From positions 26,978 through 58,977 of the forward strand of contig JAQTOB010000005.1 in the NCBI GenBank assembly GCA_028713575.1: DNA of 32,000 bases, written 5' to 3'. Below the pieces are notes generated by a model. The model was given only the letters and a program-made list of their open reading frames with translations, had not been told where the DNA came from and made no database searches. The position numbers and the translations under genes are program-made. Positions 24,101 to 29,526 of this stretch are shown piece by piece. The stretch comes from Patescibacteria group bacterium (lineage in GTDB: Bacteria; Patescibacteriota; Patescibacteriia; UBA2591; UBA6264). How positions within the stretch are numbered: the first letter of the stretch is position 1; each line of letters opens with the position of its first letter.

Positions 24101-24894
24101 TATTTAGATTGAAAATCAAGAATCGCTTTGGGAAAATAAGCGCGATAAGTTTTGTTAATATCAAAAATTTCCGGATGTTTAAAAATAAGAACATTATTTC
24201 TAATTTGCCAGTTTCCGTTAACATTTTCCACTTTAAGTTCTCCTGTTTCGGCTAATTCTTGAACAGAGCTTGTTTTAACCGCTCGATTAAAAATCGGCTG
24301 CACCGCGGAACAAAGATAAACATCCTGATTATAATTCTGTTCCAGCCCACCATGCGTGGTTTCTATTTTCTTAATTTTAAAAGCATTGGGCGATGGAGAA
24401 CAACTTGAATCGGGAATATTGCAAGATTTATTAACAGAACAGCGATACCCAAACCCGCAACATTCGCCGGGAATACAGTCGCTTATTGGTATTGGTTCTG
24501 GGTCCAAAATAAAGCCAAGCTTTTCCATAACAAAACTGGTTAGGGCATAGGCGAAAACAATAATTAACAAACCGATTAGTCCATTAACAATGATTTTCTT
24601 CGCTTTTTCCACTTTTTCCGAAGAACCGCCAGAGGTTATCCAAATAAAACCGCCAATAATCATGATGATTACGGCGGCGATGCCCAAAAGACTAAGAATA
24701 ATTCTGACAATTCGGCCGATTATTTGCGGCAAAGAAGCTTGGCCATAACCAACGGTTTGCCCAAAATTTGACAATTCATCATTTCCCAGGTCCAATTGCT
24801 GGGCTTTGGCCGGAATAGAAATAAAAAATAAGCAACAAATTGTAAAAGTCAGAAAAATAATTTTAAAAATATTCCTTGCTCTATGAGAAGTCAT
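15118..24894 (-). CDS. Giant (3258 aa) surface protein built from a signal peptide, a VirB2/TrbC-like pilin hairpin, Ig-like, IPT/TIG, propeller-like and pilin-like modules, and a Cys-rich tip
   Basis: A single uninterrupted ORF runs from ATG (24894) to TAA (15118). The N-terminus has a signal peptide ending in AKA-QQ. Two TM helices follow, flanking SGGSSEKVEKAKK; this is the pattern of small T4SS pilins of the TrbC/VirB2 type. At least five SbsA/Big_5-like starts are visible (for example PPEIVSAYP...NVSRSPLIEVKFSEPID and PRVSGYQPLGDNVCRNTLVSATFDQ). Six IPT/TIG-like units are visible (for example ISPAQGPRGTWITIKGNNF and LQPNYGKTGTKITIKGVNFG). Three Big_2-like units are present. The last 514 aa contain 82 Cys by hand count. 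Confidence 0.9.
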   Translation of the reverse strand: MTSHRARNIFKIIFLTFTICCLFFISIPAKAQQLDLGNDELSNFGQTVGYGQASLPQIIGRIVRIILSLLGIAAVIIMIIGGFIWITSGGSSEKVEKAKKIIVNGLIGLLIIVFAYALTSFVMEKLGFILDPEPIPISDCIPGECCGFGYRCSVNKSCNIPDSSCSPSPNAFKIKKIETTHGGLEQNYNQDVYLCSAVQPIFNRAVKTSSVQELAETGELKVENVNGNWQIRNNVLIFKHPEIFDINKTYRAYFPKAILDFQSKYLQQCLAAGGCSETASHFIWDFTTGEQNDEIPPEIVSAYPIFNSEDPSYPDQNVSRSPLIEVKFSEPIDITTVSDENDYPLEENIWLAALDGQNGNVVQILSKENFQINGDSNGFKLKLRDGNLLESFIWYRVHIEGIEDLCLNSMTEAAEWEFQTNDRVPGIKSYYPNNKTVCPDTDISVVFETQMYNSLVTMEITDGRDNFSISLNPSELEPPYEKRISNGVFKVSDFGAPVNNHFRIFTFNPDNNLKDNTEYKVKVFTDLIINQQGNFLSGEWSFKTADLENCLCSPWISHITPSQGLRGECLTIYGQCFKGTNWQTAEPIRIEFILNDITTLSIIGGFDNNYLTTVVPEIYVKGDRPNIQAVIQYQSGEQMNSNQVDFYVNSDNQADGPCLLSINPSIGYPEETKVNLNGLRFNSPANSSKVIFYNNQEAVYSNWADQNINGAIVPLNAQNGPVTVVNEKGKSNGLPFDILSHLNKPGGVCYQSYYCSENPMYECESPVYSCLHEPEDTCRCCCNVSPNSCPAPLECTAGQGSCTGADRGLCCGCRNDDQCGSLLGCALNDPNRCCYPRPNVVNHNPVGNNVCLNTAVEIDFDSRLNPNSLNNNISFKKLASLTTAKNGKDYEAVEKTKCIYETDIYTGSCENNYWDYEFTISQKGEHNLYVETSNYFGEIKDLGEDNKCSEPGIQHHIRVFVDNEEKESFCADASLVSQFSYISLGEMTEGPHLIRLLWDNDWTQPGAGDSNLRIHQVGIMQTNEEKTGFNLVVNNDNNKIILYPDNCQLEPTSIYEIKLIGGQDGRGIKSDLGVSMNDYTWQFSTGAEDRFCLVSQVRVNPEKAEVTSFKENVVYVGQAYDFNNNQVCVAGFDWQSSDITIASLSRQTGLATTASPVSGSIEGETANIFADASNIVGSGEFISILNPPIIKSINPISGSNNPKVPTYVTIFGSNFGFTQGENTVKFGNIVAEIGCNNWSDKEIVAIVPQGLIIDKDYPLTVVNAEQGTSNEIDFTVNNEFHPAICELQPNYGKTGTKITIKGVNFGDRQENSYVVFGKGNNDQQIITNSGKWSNEKIEIIAPAISEGQAGIEVWVPSPLETDHPLKPSNTVTFYQEPLITGISPAQGPRGTWITIKGNNFTSEQGVVYFRYDGQDYPSDPLPDYCPNKWTDKEIIVAVPQELPTVAVNQDFYNLQIYLKPKESVNSNLFDWRLNKNPLPPALCQLIPDNGYEGFYPLTIKGLGFDLKPGEQERKLIFNPGKETSSLTWLSDMEINNITVPQGAQSGSIKVNKKAKINCRLECSNLSFAGQCFGDWIEVCDDIFLESNPLSFDLVDLGGCGFFGTLGTRDGLPIKIGEKINDYPPTEPFDSQSVGVLATDGKYLYGKSWTNYDRWSPGTYDCASEQGCPDNVITKIGTGYQGTIAGQVYGDLANVHSSLTMTYYPDGYLYNGYTTDGYHIERVNAQTGSVDTIVNIPAGLIVRDTGQTATGPYGGHLITSDGEYIYNLAYSLSSGYNGFRVRVFDPNDNWKLIREWDSRGSDYGYDEDSFYTDGIIADGDYVYAIEWTGKIRKMNAQTGQVVSEWTTDQKLKTNPDGNNADFISGQYDWINNKIWLGDLVPQERCDQCPIGSAYYCHCTPAYVYHYACRKNLPWVIEESGCEQEPQSPSPYPLSSEICRNALVSARFNKKVNGLNNSNIIVKKCNAGKDLDKNSCLIDVSGIISLASLNNKGFIFTPTSSWEQNYWYQVILKSGPTGIKDINGSQLDGNKNSIEEGSPFDDYIWYFKTNDQATNSPSTAVKVREEIPDGQRPGIITLPGTRNYLALALGPDCQILNHNSFAWGWESSKTGVVTVSGLVNAATATAIGLGETEIKATATSSIEGESSSGNINLIVAKAPRVSGYQPLGDNVCRNTLVSATFDQLMDEKTISSETIKLFGEYKAAQSGLICEKRPLGESNDIYKFFAHLWENVKKIFIWEAVAAKVGEGDDLWRCELPISIEIQKINNETVIKIKTQELFDQGRKYVVVLSGLLKNQYGLDLGQKQSWEFIPDELCLLSKVSIAPDNIFFEKKDQTEDLIARTYDDKGNEIYGISNVYDWTWSWESSNPATVSVSGSVLEKETITAENKNGQSQITATAKIIGSNPIVSVSGQSQVDVFLCENPWGPYEDEETNFRIKYCRDTKEKNNLLPQLQPPAISIGKEENLLKEFIFPIEYSGDIIGLKIIKNNRRLSPAKWYQENVLNLGSPQNIVIDGYYGLQEGRTTYVGAVNVDFGDFGRLAYINNYIYLISYNDKASDEVKDIFKQLLNNWKFNINLSNSSEKEEIQRDLLRIYDLEEIKEKVEAYKQNYGFYPALGQGTYVLGKTNSLWPSWQNTLGKILGASLPLDPVNKFNGSCANCSDKPDYQCKNTCYNSLTKVFEHPVGSHVYQYYAPEDPACLGFYYTLGANMEYSDRQVVWQGEDKIYINESDQVGITNYYYSSEEAPVCNDGILQCGEFCDTEEVALPPHASCTCNSTYTGWVCHSDWENCNSNWADGCEKKINGSSCGSDSDCCSGNCLDSVCRPANWQCSNIDDLCCDVNHRFKASTVVCGPKKGDCDFEEKCTGESAKCPPDLIAQIYQRVICRPVDGPCDVEEICEGSVNCSSINVKKPDGAKCGVCQICQSGKCKPTTAYAAKATALGCTSGDEGCRYCDKNDSYGNYCKTYDDNEHHACGPCQICQSGKCKPTTAYAADATALGCTSGGDQRCRYCDNGTCKVYTNNEHGACGVCQACNPSGSCSGQTVYAADATALGCTSGDQGCRYCDNGTCKTYILGQHSCSICHTCNADGICKAVTGQGARPYLKCGSGNCVDGVCCSLNYCSYNNQCYAPGNCHPVTPQQKCSNGKWVSSCGDGAVNCGEICDGQTNVPCGNCNLGLRDCFSCSWGLCQGGGACVPGETEAEAKTCRCKICNSNCEWNSESMCQSGDSCTGCSSCGGCTGEECCCYDRKKHTYYKGVCSRL
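15670..16155 (-). repeat. Three tandem Cys-rich repeat units (57, 53 and 52 aa) inside the giant gene
   Basis: The units begin CGVCQICQSGKCKPTTAYAAKATALGCTSGDEGCRYCD..., CGPCQICQSGKCKPTTAYAADATALGCTSGGDQRCRYCDNGTCK... and CGVCQACNPSGSCSGQTVYAADATALGCTSGDQGCRYCDNGTCK.... At the DNA level, near-identical ~50-bp blocks (ggcggcataagcggtYgttggtttgcatttaccgctttgacaaatttggcaa) occur at about 15925-15975 and 16097-16147. Confidence 0.85.
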
Positions 24895-24977
24895 ATATTT
24901 ATTTTTAGAATTAATAACTAATGGAAAAATTATTTTTAATAAATTTTCCGAAAATTAATAATATAATTAAAATATAA

Positions 24978-25430
24978 TTAAAAAAGTTCTTTTTCCACCA
25001 ATTCTTTAACTTTATCTCCTTCTACTCTCCCCTTTAGACGAGACATCGCCAGTCCCATCACTTTGCCAAAATCTTGACGCTCGCCAGCTCCGATTTCTTT
25101 AATAACCTCAAGAATCACTGTTTTTATCTCTTCCTCAGAAATTTCCGTTGGCAAATATCTTTTCAGAATGTCAATCTCTTTTTTTTCTTTAACCACCAAA
25201 TCTTCTCTATTGCCTTGTTTATATAGTTCTATGGCTTCATTTCTTTTTTTAGCTTCTCTTCTAATCAATTCCAAAACATTTTCTTCTTTAAGCTCTTTTT
25301 TTTGGGCATTCAATTCTATTTCCTTGTTATGAATAACCGTTTTTAAGCCCCGCAAAACAATTAAATCTTCGGCCCTTTTTTGTTTCAAGGCCTCTTTAAA
25401 ATTTTTCTCTATTATTTCCAAAAGAGTCAT
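24978..25430 (-). CDS. yqeY: GatB/YqeY domain-containing protein
   Basis: 150-aa helical protein with the typical YqeY N-terminus (LKQKRAEDLIVLRGLKTVIHNKEIE...) and ...YLP...SEEEI....VI.E.GA...DFGKVMG..M. It lies downstream of rpsU, as in Firmicutes. Confidence 0.85.
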   Translation of the reverse strand: MTLLEIIEKNFKEALKQKRAEDLIVLRGLKTVIHNKEIELNAQKKELKEENVLELIRREAKKRNEAIELYKQGNREDLVVKEKKEIDILKRYLPTEISEEEIKTVILEVIKEIGAGERQDFGKVMGLAMSRLKGRVEGDKVKELVEKELF

Positions 25431-25491
25431 ATGCCAAATTTATTAAAATTTTAAGTTATTTATAACGCAAAAATTTTACTATAAATTTGAG

Positions 25492-25638
25492 CACCCAGCA
25501 CATAATCTGTGCTATGGGTGATTAAAATTATTTTTAAGATAAATTAAATTTATTTATCATAGATTATGTGCTGGGTAAAGGTTTCCCCGCAAAATTTTCT
25601 ACTCCCTCGACAAGCTCAGGATTGAAAATTTTGGGGAA
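25492..25638. other. Two long imperfect inverted repeats (structured element) in the rpsU-yqeY spacer
   Basis: IR-1 pairs 25493-25511 with 25558-25576: a perfect 16-bp core extending to 19 bp with one G-T pair, and a ~46-nt AT-rich loop. IR-1's left arm can instead form a local hairpin (25492-25520). IR-2 pairs TTCCCC(GC)AAAATTTT (25583-25598) with AAAATTTTGGGGAA (25625-25638). Confidence 0.6.
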
Positions 25639-25643
25639 GCCCT

Positions 25644-25862
25644 TTATTTAATTTTGCCAATTTTTTTAAAAAAATTCATTTTTTCCGTGCGTTCTTTTTT
25701 CATTAAAGCGCTGGATTTCTGGGCCTTTTTGCTTTTCGGCTTGGAAAAAAATTTTTTCTCCTTGGAATTATTAATTACGCCACTGCGTTTTATTTGTTCG
25801 CTGAATCTCCTTAAAAAAACGTTTAAAGGTTCATTTTGTTTTCTTTTAATTTCTATTGCCAT
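25644..25862 (-). CDS. rpsU: 30S ribosomal protein S21
   Basis: 72-aa basic protein. MAIEIKRKQNEPLNVFLRRFSEQIKRSGV...FFSKPKSKK matches the bS21 pattern (..v.v..nE.le.aLrRFkr...k.G...e.rkr.fyekPs.kr). Confidence 0.85.
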   Translation of the reverse strand: MAIEIKRKQNEPLNVFLRRFSEQIKRSGVINNSKEKKFFSKPKSKKAQKSSALMKKERTEKMNFFKKIGKIK

Positions 25863-25985
25863 AAAAAGTTCATTTTAACATTTTAACAAAATAACATAAG
25901 GGACTGTCACGCAGTATTCGGACAAAAGTGATGTAAAATTTAGATGATGACGGCAAAAACGAATGCCAAGTGGTGAAAGTCCAAG

Positions 25986-26834
25986 TTATTCATTTTTTAT
26001 TATCTTTTTAATTAACCCGTCCAATTCTTTATCTTGATATAACTCTATGACGACCTTGATTTTTTTATTTCTTTTTATAATCTTAACTTTTGTTCCTAAA
26101 AGTTTGCTTAAAATATTTTCTTTGTCTAAAATATTAGTATCTAATTCAATTCTTTTTCTGATTTTTTTCCCTTCTATAATTCTTTCTGTTTCTCTGACCG
26201 TTAAACCAAGTCCTAAAATTCTCTTTAATAATGATTTTTGTTTTTCTTCGCCATCCGCCGACAATAAGGCTTTAGCGTGACTTTCAGTTATTTTTTCTTC
26301 ATTAATGGCGGCCTGAATTTCTTCTGGCAGTGTTAAAATCCTTAAGGTATTGGCAATACTGGCTCGCGACTTTCCTATTTTCCGACTAATTTCTTCCTGA
26401 TTCAAATTAAATTCATCCATTAAACGTTGGTAACCTCTGGCCTTTTCCATGGGATTGAGGTCTTTTCTTTGGATGTTTTCCAAAAGAGAAATCGCCAGCT
26501 TATCATTGTCCTTAATAGAACGAACAATTGCCGGAACGGTTATAAAATCTAAAATCTTAGCGGCTCGCCAACGCCTTTCGCCAGCAATAATCTGATAACG
26601 ACTATTGTTTTTTATTAGAATCAAGGGCTGAATAATTCCGTATTCTTTAATGGAATTCATCAATTCCTCCATTTCCAAGCGGGAGAAATTTTTCCTCGGC
26701 TGTTCCGGATTGGGGTCAATTTGATTAACGGGAATTTGTAAAACCTGTTCTCCTGTTTCCACCAAAATTTCTTCATTTGCTCTTTTTATTGTCATGGCCG
26801 GGATTAAAGAACCCAAGCCGCGTCCTAAAGCCAT
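25986..26834 (-). CDS. parB: Chromosome partitioning protein ParB/Spo0J
   Basis: It has the N-terminal ALGRGLGSLIP, the ParB box IIAGERRWRAAK, and the HTH region EEISRKIGKSRASIANTLRIL. Confidence 0.9.
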   Translation of the reverse strand: MALGRGLGSLIPAMTIKRANEEILVETGEQVLQIPVNQIDPNPEQPRKNFSRLEMEELMNSIKEYGIIQPLILIKNNSRYQIIAGERRWRAAKILDFITVPAIVRSIKDNDKLAISLLENIQRKDLNPMEKARGYQRLMDEFNLNQEEISRKIGKSRASIANTLRILTLPEEIQAAINEEKITESHAKALLSADGEEKQKSLLKRILGLGLTVRETERIIEGKKIRKRIELDTNILDKENILSKLLGTKVKIIKRNKKIKVVIELYQDKELDGLIKKIIKNE

Positions 26835-26878
26835 AAATGCTAAAACTAAATTTAAAAATCAAAATTAAAAATTATAAA

Positions 26879-27655
26879 TTAAAAAACACCATTGATTAGA
26901 AACTCTTTGGCCAATCTTTCGTAGGCCTTGGCTCCTTTTGATTGCGGCGCATATTCCAAAATAGTTTTGCCGTAACTAGGCGCTTCAGCTAAACGGATAT
27001 TTCTGGGAATAATACTGCGAAAAATATAATAAGGAAAATGTCGGTATAATTCTTCCCAAACTTCTTCGGAAAGGCGGCCACGATTGTCATACATGGTGAT
27101 AACTGCGCCTAAAACATCTAAATTTGATTTCAAATTCTCTTTCACTAATTTTACTGTTTCCAAAAGTTGTCCCAATCCTTCTAAAGCATAATATTCCGCT
27201 TGAACGGGAATTAAAATTTGGTCCGCCGCCACCAAACTGTTGATGGTCAATAAACTAAGGGACGGAGGCGTGTCAATAAAAACATAATTAAAATTTTCTT
27301 CTGCTTTTTTTATTAAAAGATTGTTAATCGTTTTTTTTAAAATAAACTCTCTTTCTGGCAAATCAACCATTTCAATGTCCGCGCCGGCCAAATTTTCATT
27401 AGCCGGAATTAACCAAAAATTCTTTCTAACTAAAATCAAGCCGTCATTTAAGGAAATTTGTTGGCTCATCATTTCATAAATCCCTTGAAGACGATTTTCC
27501 ACGCCTAAACCGGAAGTCGCATTGGCCTGGGGGTCAAGATCAATTAAAAGCACTTTTTTGCCCAAAGAGGAAAGGTAAGCGCTCAAATTAATGGCAACGT
27601 TTGTTTTGCCTGTTCCTCCCTTACGATTGCAAATAACAATAACTTTAGGGGGCAT
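26879..27655 (-). CDS. parA: Chromosome partitioning ATPase ParA/Soj
   Basis: It has the deviant Walker A NRKGGTGKTN, plus DLDPQANATSGLG and IDTPPSLSLLTINSL. It lies immediately upstream of parB. Confidence 0.9.
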   Translation of the reverse strand: MPPKVIVICNRKGGTGKTNVAINLSAYLSSLGKKVLLIDLDPQANATSGLGVENRLQGIYEMMSQQISLNDGLILVRKNFWLIPANENLAGADIEMVDLPEREFILKKTINNLLIKKAEENFNYVFIDTPPSLSLLTINSLVAADQILIPVQAEYYALEGLGQLLETVKLVKENLKSNLDVLGAVITMYDNRGRLSEEVWEELYRHFPYYIFRSIIPRNIRLAEAPSYGKTILEYAPQSKGAKAYERLAKEFLINGVF

Positions 27656-27740
27656 ATTTTAAATAAAATTAAATTTTGTTTATAAACAATAAAGATGTTC
27701 AGCCGCAATATTATAGCATAAATGCATATTTCAAACAACC

Positions 27741-28148
27741 CTATTTATCTTGTTTTTGTCCTTTAAAAAAAGTAAAAAATAAAACCATAAAACCGCCGAT
27801 AAAATCAGCCAAAAAATCGCCTATTGTATCCAAATAAGTTGGTTGCATCGGCTGTAAAATTCCTATTAATGGGCGACTAAAAACATGGTCAGTCAAGTAT
27901 TCAAAAATTTCCCAAATAATACTGACCAAAAATAAAAAAATTAAAGAAACTAATTTTTTATTTACTCCTTTAATTTCTTTTATTCCCAAAAACCATAAAA
28001 CCGCCGAAACTACACTGGCGCCGGCAAAAAAATGGACCGCTTTATCATAATGTTCTAAATTATAATAATATTTATACCAACCGAGAAAATGCAAAATCAA
28101 GAAAACTAAAACAACAATGATTAAAAAAATTCTTATTTTCTTTTGCAT
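27741..28148 (-). CDS. Hypothetical small integral membrane protein
   Basis: 135 aa with about four hydrophobic helices. I do not recognise a family with confidence. Confidence 0.55.
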   Translation of the reverse strand: MQKKIRIFLIIVVLVFLILHFLGWYKYYYNLEHYDKAVHFFAGASVVSAVLWFLGIKEIKGVNKKLVSLIFLFLVSIIWEIFEYLTDHVFSRPLIGILQPMQPTYLDTIGDFLADFIGGFMVLFFTFFKGQKQDK

Positions 28149-28185
28149 AATTATATTCTAAAGAAAAAAACAAAATAAGTCAATT

Positions 28186-28208
28186 AAAACCGCTAATTAG
28201 GCGGTTTT
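28186..28208 (-). terminator. Hairpin/terminator overlapping the end of the MFS ORF
   Basis: On the minus strand, AAAACCGC-CTAATTA-GCGGTTTT is followed by AATTGACTTATTTTGTTTTTTT. The TAA stop of the MFS ORF (28197-28199) sits in the loop. Confidence 0.45.
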
Positions 28209-29132
28209 AATCAATGGTTGCGGAAAAACGGACACAAAGCCGGCTAAACAAAAGTCTGTGTTCAAAAATAAATATGTTAATCTTATGTTCTTGGTGAAAA
28301 CGGATAACGATTTAATTAATTTATTGCTCAACATAGCGAAAATAATTATTATAATCCAAATAAAATTAAAATACTGATTACCCAATAAAAATGATTTAAA
28401 TTGCGGTTGCCAATATATGTTTAATAATTGAAAACTTAAAGAGAAAATAGCGACTACGGCGATAATCAAGAAAATAATGTCGTTCTGAAAACCGTAAATC
28501 ATCCCCGATTTAATAACCTCTTTAAATCCGCATAGCGGCTTAATTTTATTATTCTTTCTTTGAAAATATTCTTCTTTTGTCGCCACATAAGACAAAAATG
28601 CAGAAAACCAATAACCGATGCCGATGACGGCAAAAGGAACCGATAAGTCTTTTACCCCTAAAAAGGCTCCGACTAATCCGCCAAGCATCCGGGCCATATT
28701 AATCATCCGGCCTTCCAGGCAAAAAACTTTCCTTAATCCGCCGTTCCGATTGTAAAAATTTAGAGAATCAACCAACCAGGATTTTAGAACGCCGGAAATT
28801 AAAGTAGTTCCCAGGGCAATAATGACTTCAGCGGAAACAAATCCAAAAAATCCATTCGCCAAATTATAAATCAAAAAACCAATGCTATTAAGAATAACTG
28901 AAAGAATAAAAGAAAATTTTCTTCCCCAGATGTCCGCAATGGCGCCAGTCGGCACTTCCATAATAAAAACCGCCACCATATAAAAAAGATTAATCATGCT
29001 GACCTGAAACGAGTCTAATCCTTTTTCTAAAAGAAAAGTGACATAAATCGCGGAATGTAGGACTATTAACAAAGCGATGAACAGGCTGACCAACAAATAA
29101 ATTGTAATGGTTTTTTTATTGGTCATAATCAT
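28197..29132 (-). CDS. MFS-type transporter, short form (possibly C-terminally truncated)
   Basis: The MFS loop 2-3 motif GAIADIWGRKFS is present. I see about 8-9 hydrophobic segments in 311 aa, against the usual 12 in roughly 400 aa. Confidence 0.7.
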   Translation of the reverse strand: MIMTNKKTITIYLLVSLFIALLIVLHSAIYVTFLLEKGLDSFQVSMINLFYMVAVFIMEVPTGAIADIWGRKFSFILSVILNSIGFLIYNLANGFFGFVSAEVIIALGTTLISGVLKSWLVDSLNFYNRNGGLRKVFCLEGRMINMARMLGGLVGAFLGVKDLSVPFAVIGIGYWFSAFLSYVATKEEYFQRKNNKIKPLCGFKEVIKSGMIYGFQNDIIFLIIAVVAIFSLSFQLLNIYWQPQFKSFLLGNQYFNFIWIIIIIFAMLSNKLIKSLSVFTKNIRLTYLFLNTDFCLAGFVSVFPQPLIKTA

Positions 29133-29171
29133 CTCATCTTTAATTAATTATTTTACTTTTAATGATTAAAT

Positions 29172-29204
29172 GTAAAACTCCTGAGGACCGGGGTCGCCCA
29201 GGAG
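29172..29204 (-). terminator. Rho-independent terminator downstream of the 55-aa ORF
   Basis: On the minus strand, a GC-rich hairpin CTCCTGGGCGACCCCGGTCCTCAGGAG (reverse complement of 29178-29204) is followed by TTTTAC. Confidence 0.5.
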
Positions 29205-29234
29205 TGTAGATATAAAATATCTAATCAATAATCA

Positions 29235-29402
29235 TTAATTGCTTTCTAAGGATTCATAATATTCGCCTTCAACAACTACCACTGCCTGGGCTAAATCTTG
29301 GGTGATGGATAAACAAACATCATCCCAATCGCCTTTTGGTTTAATGTTTTGGTCGCGTCTGACCATTAGACAGTCATTGTATTGTTGATTAGCTTTTTTC
29401 AT
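29235..29402 (-). CDS. Hypothetical small protein (55 aa), below the ORF-track size cutoff
   Basis: My translation is MKKANQQYNDCLMVRRDQNIKPKGDWDDVCLSITQDLAQAVVVVEGEYYESLESN*. The ORF runs ATG to TAA. Its composition is less AT-rich than the flanking spacers, it sits between two terminators and is followed by its own hairpin. Confidence 0.4.
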   Translation of the reverse strand: MKKANQQYNDCLMVRRDQNIKPKGDWDDVCLSITQDLAQAVVVVEGEYYESLESN

Positions 29403-29473
29403 TTTAATTTATTAATTGTCCTTTGTCCCTACATATAATTAGACGATTAAAAACATTCTTTGTTACTTTAATT

Positions 29474-29503
29474 TAAAAAACAAAAAACGGATATTTCCGT
29501 TCT
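29474..29503 (-). terminator. Rho-independent terminator downstream of uppP
   Basis: On the minus strand, AACGGA-AATA-TCCGTT (reverse complement of 29486-29501) is followed by TTTTTGTTTTTT. It lies about 24 nt after the uppP stop. Confidence 0.65.
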
Positions 29504-29526
29504 CAAATAAAAAATGAATTTTAAAA

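Noticed and set aside
25654-25878. 74-aa plus-strand ORF
   Set aside because: It is antisense to rpsU, whose translation matches the S21 pattern. The F/L-rich product is typical of reading an A/K-rich gene backwards.
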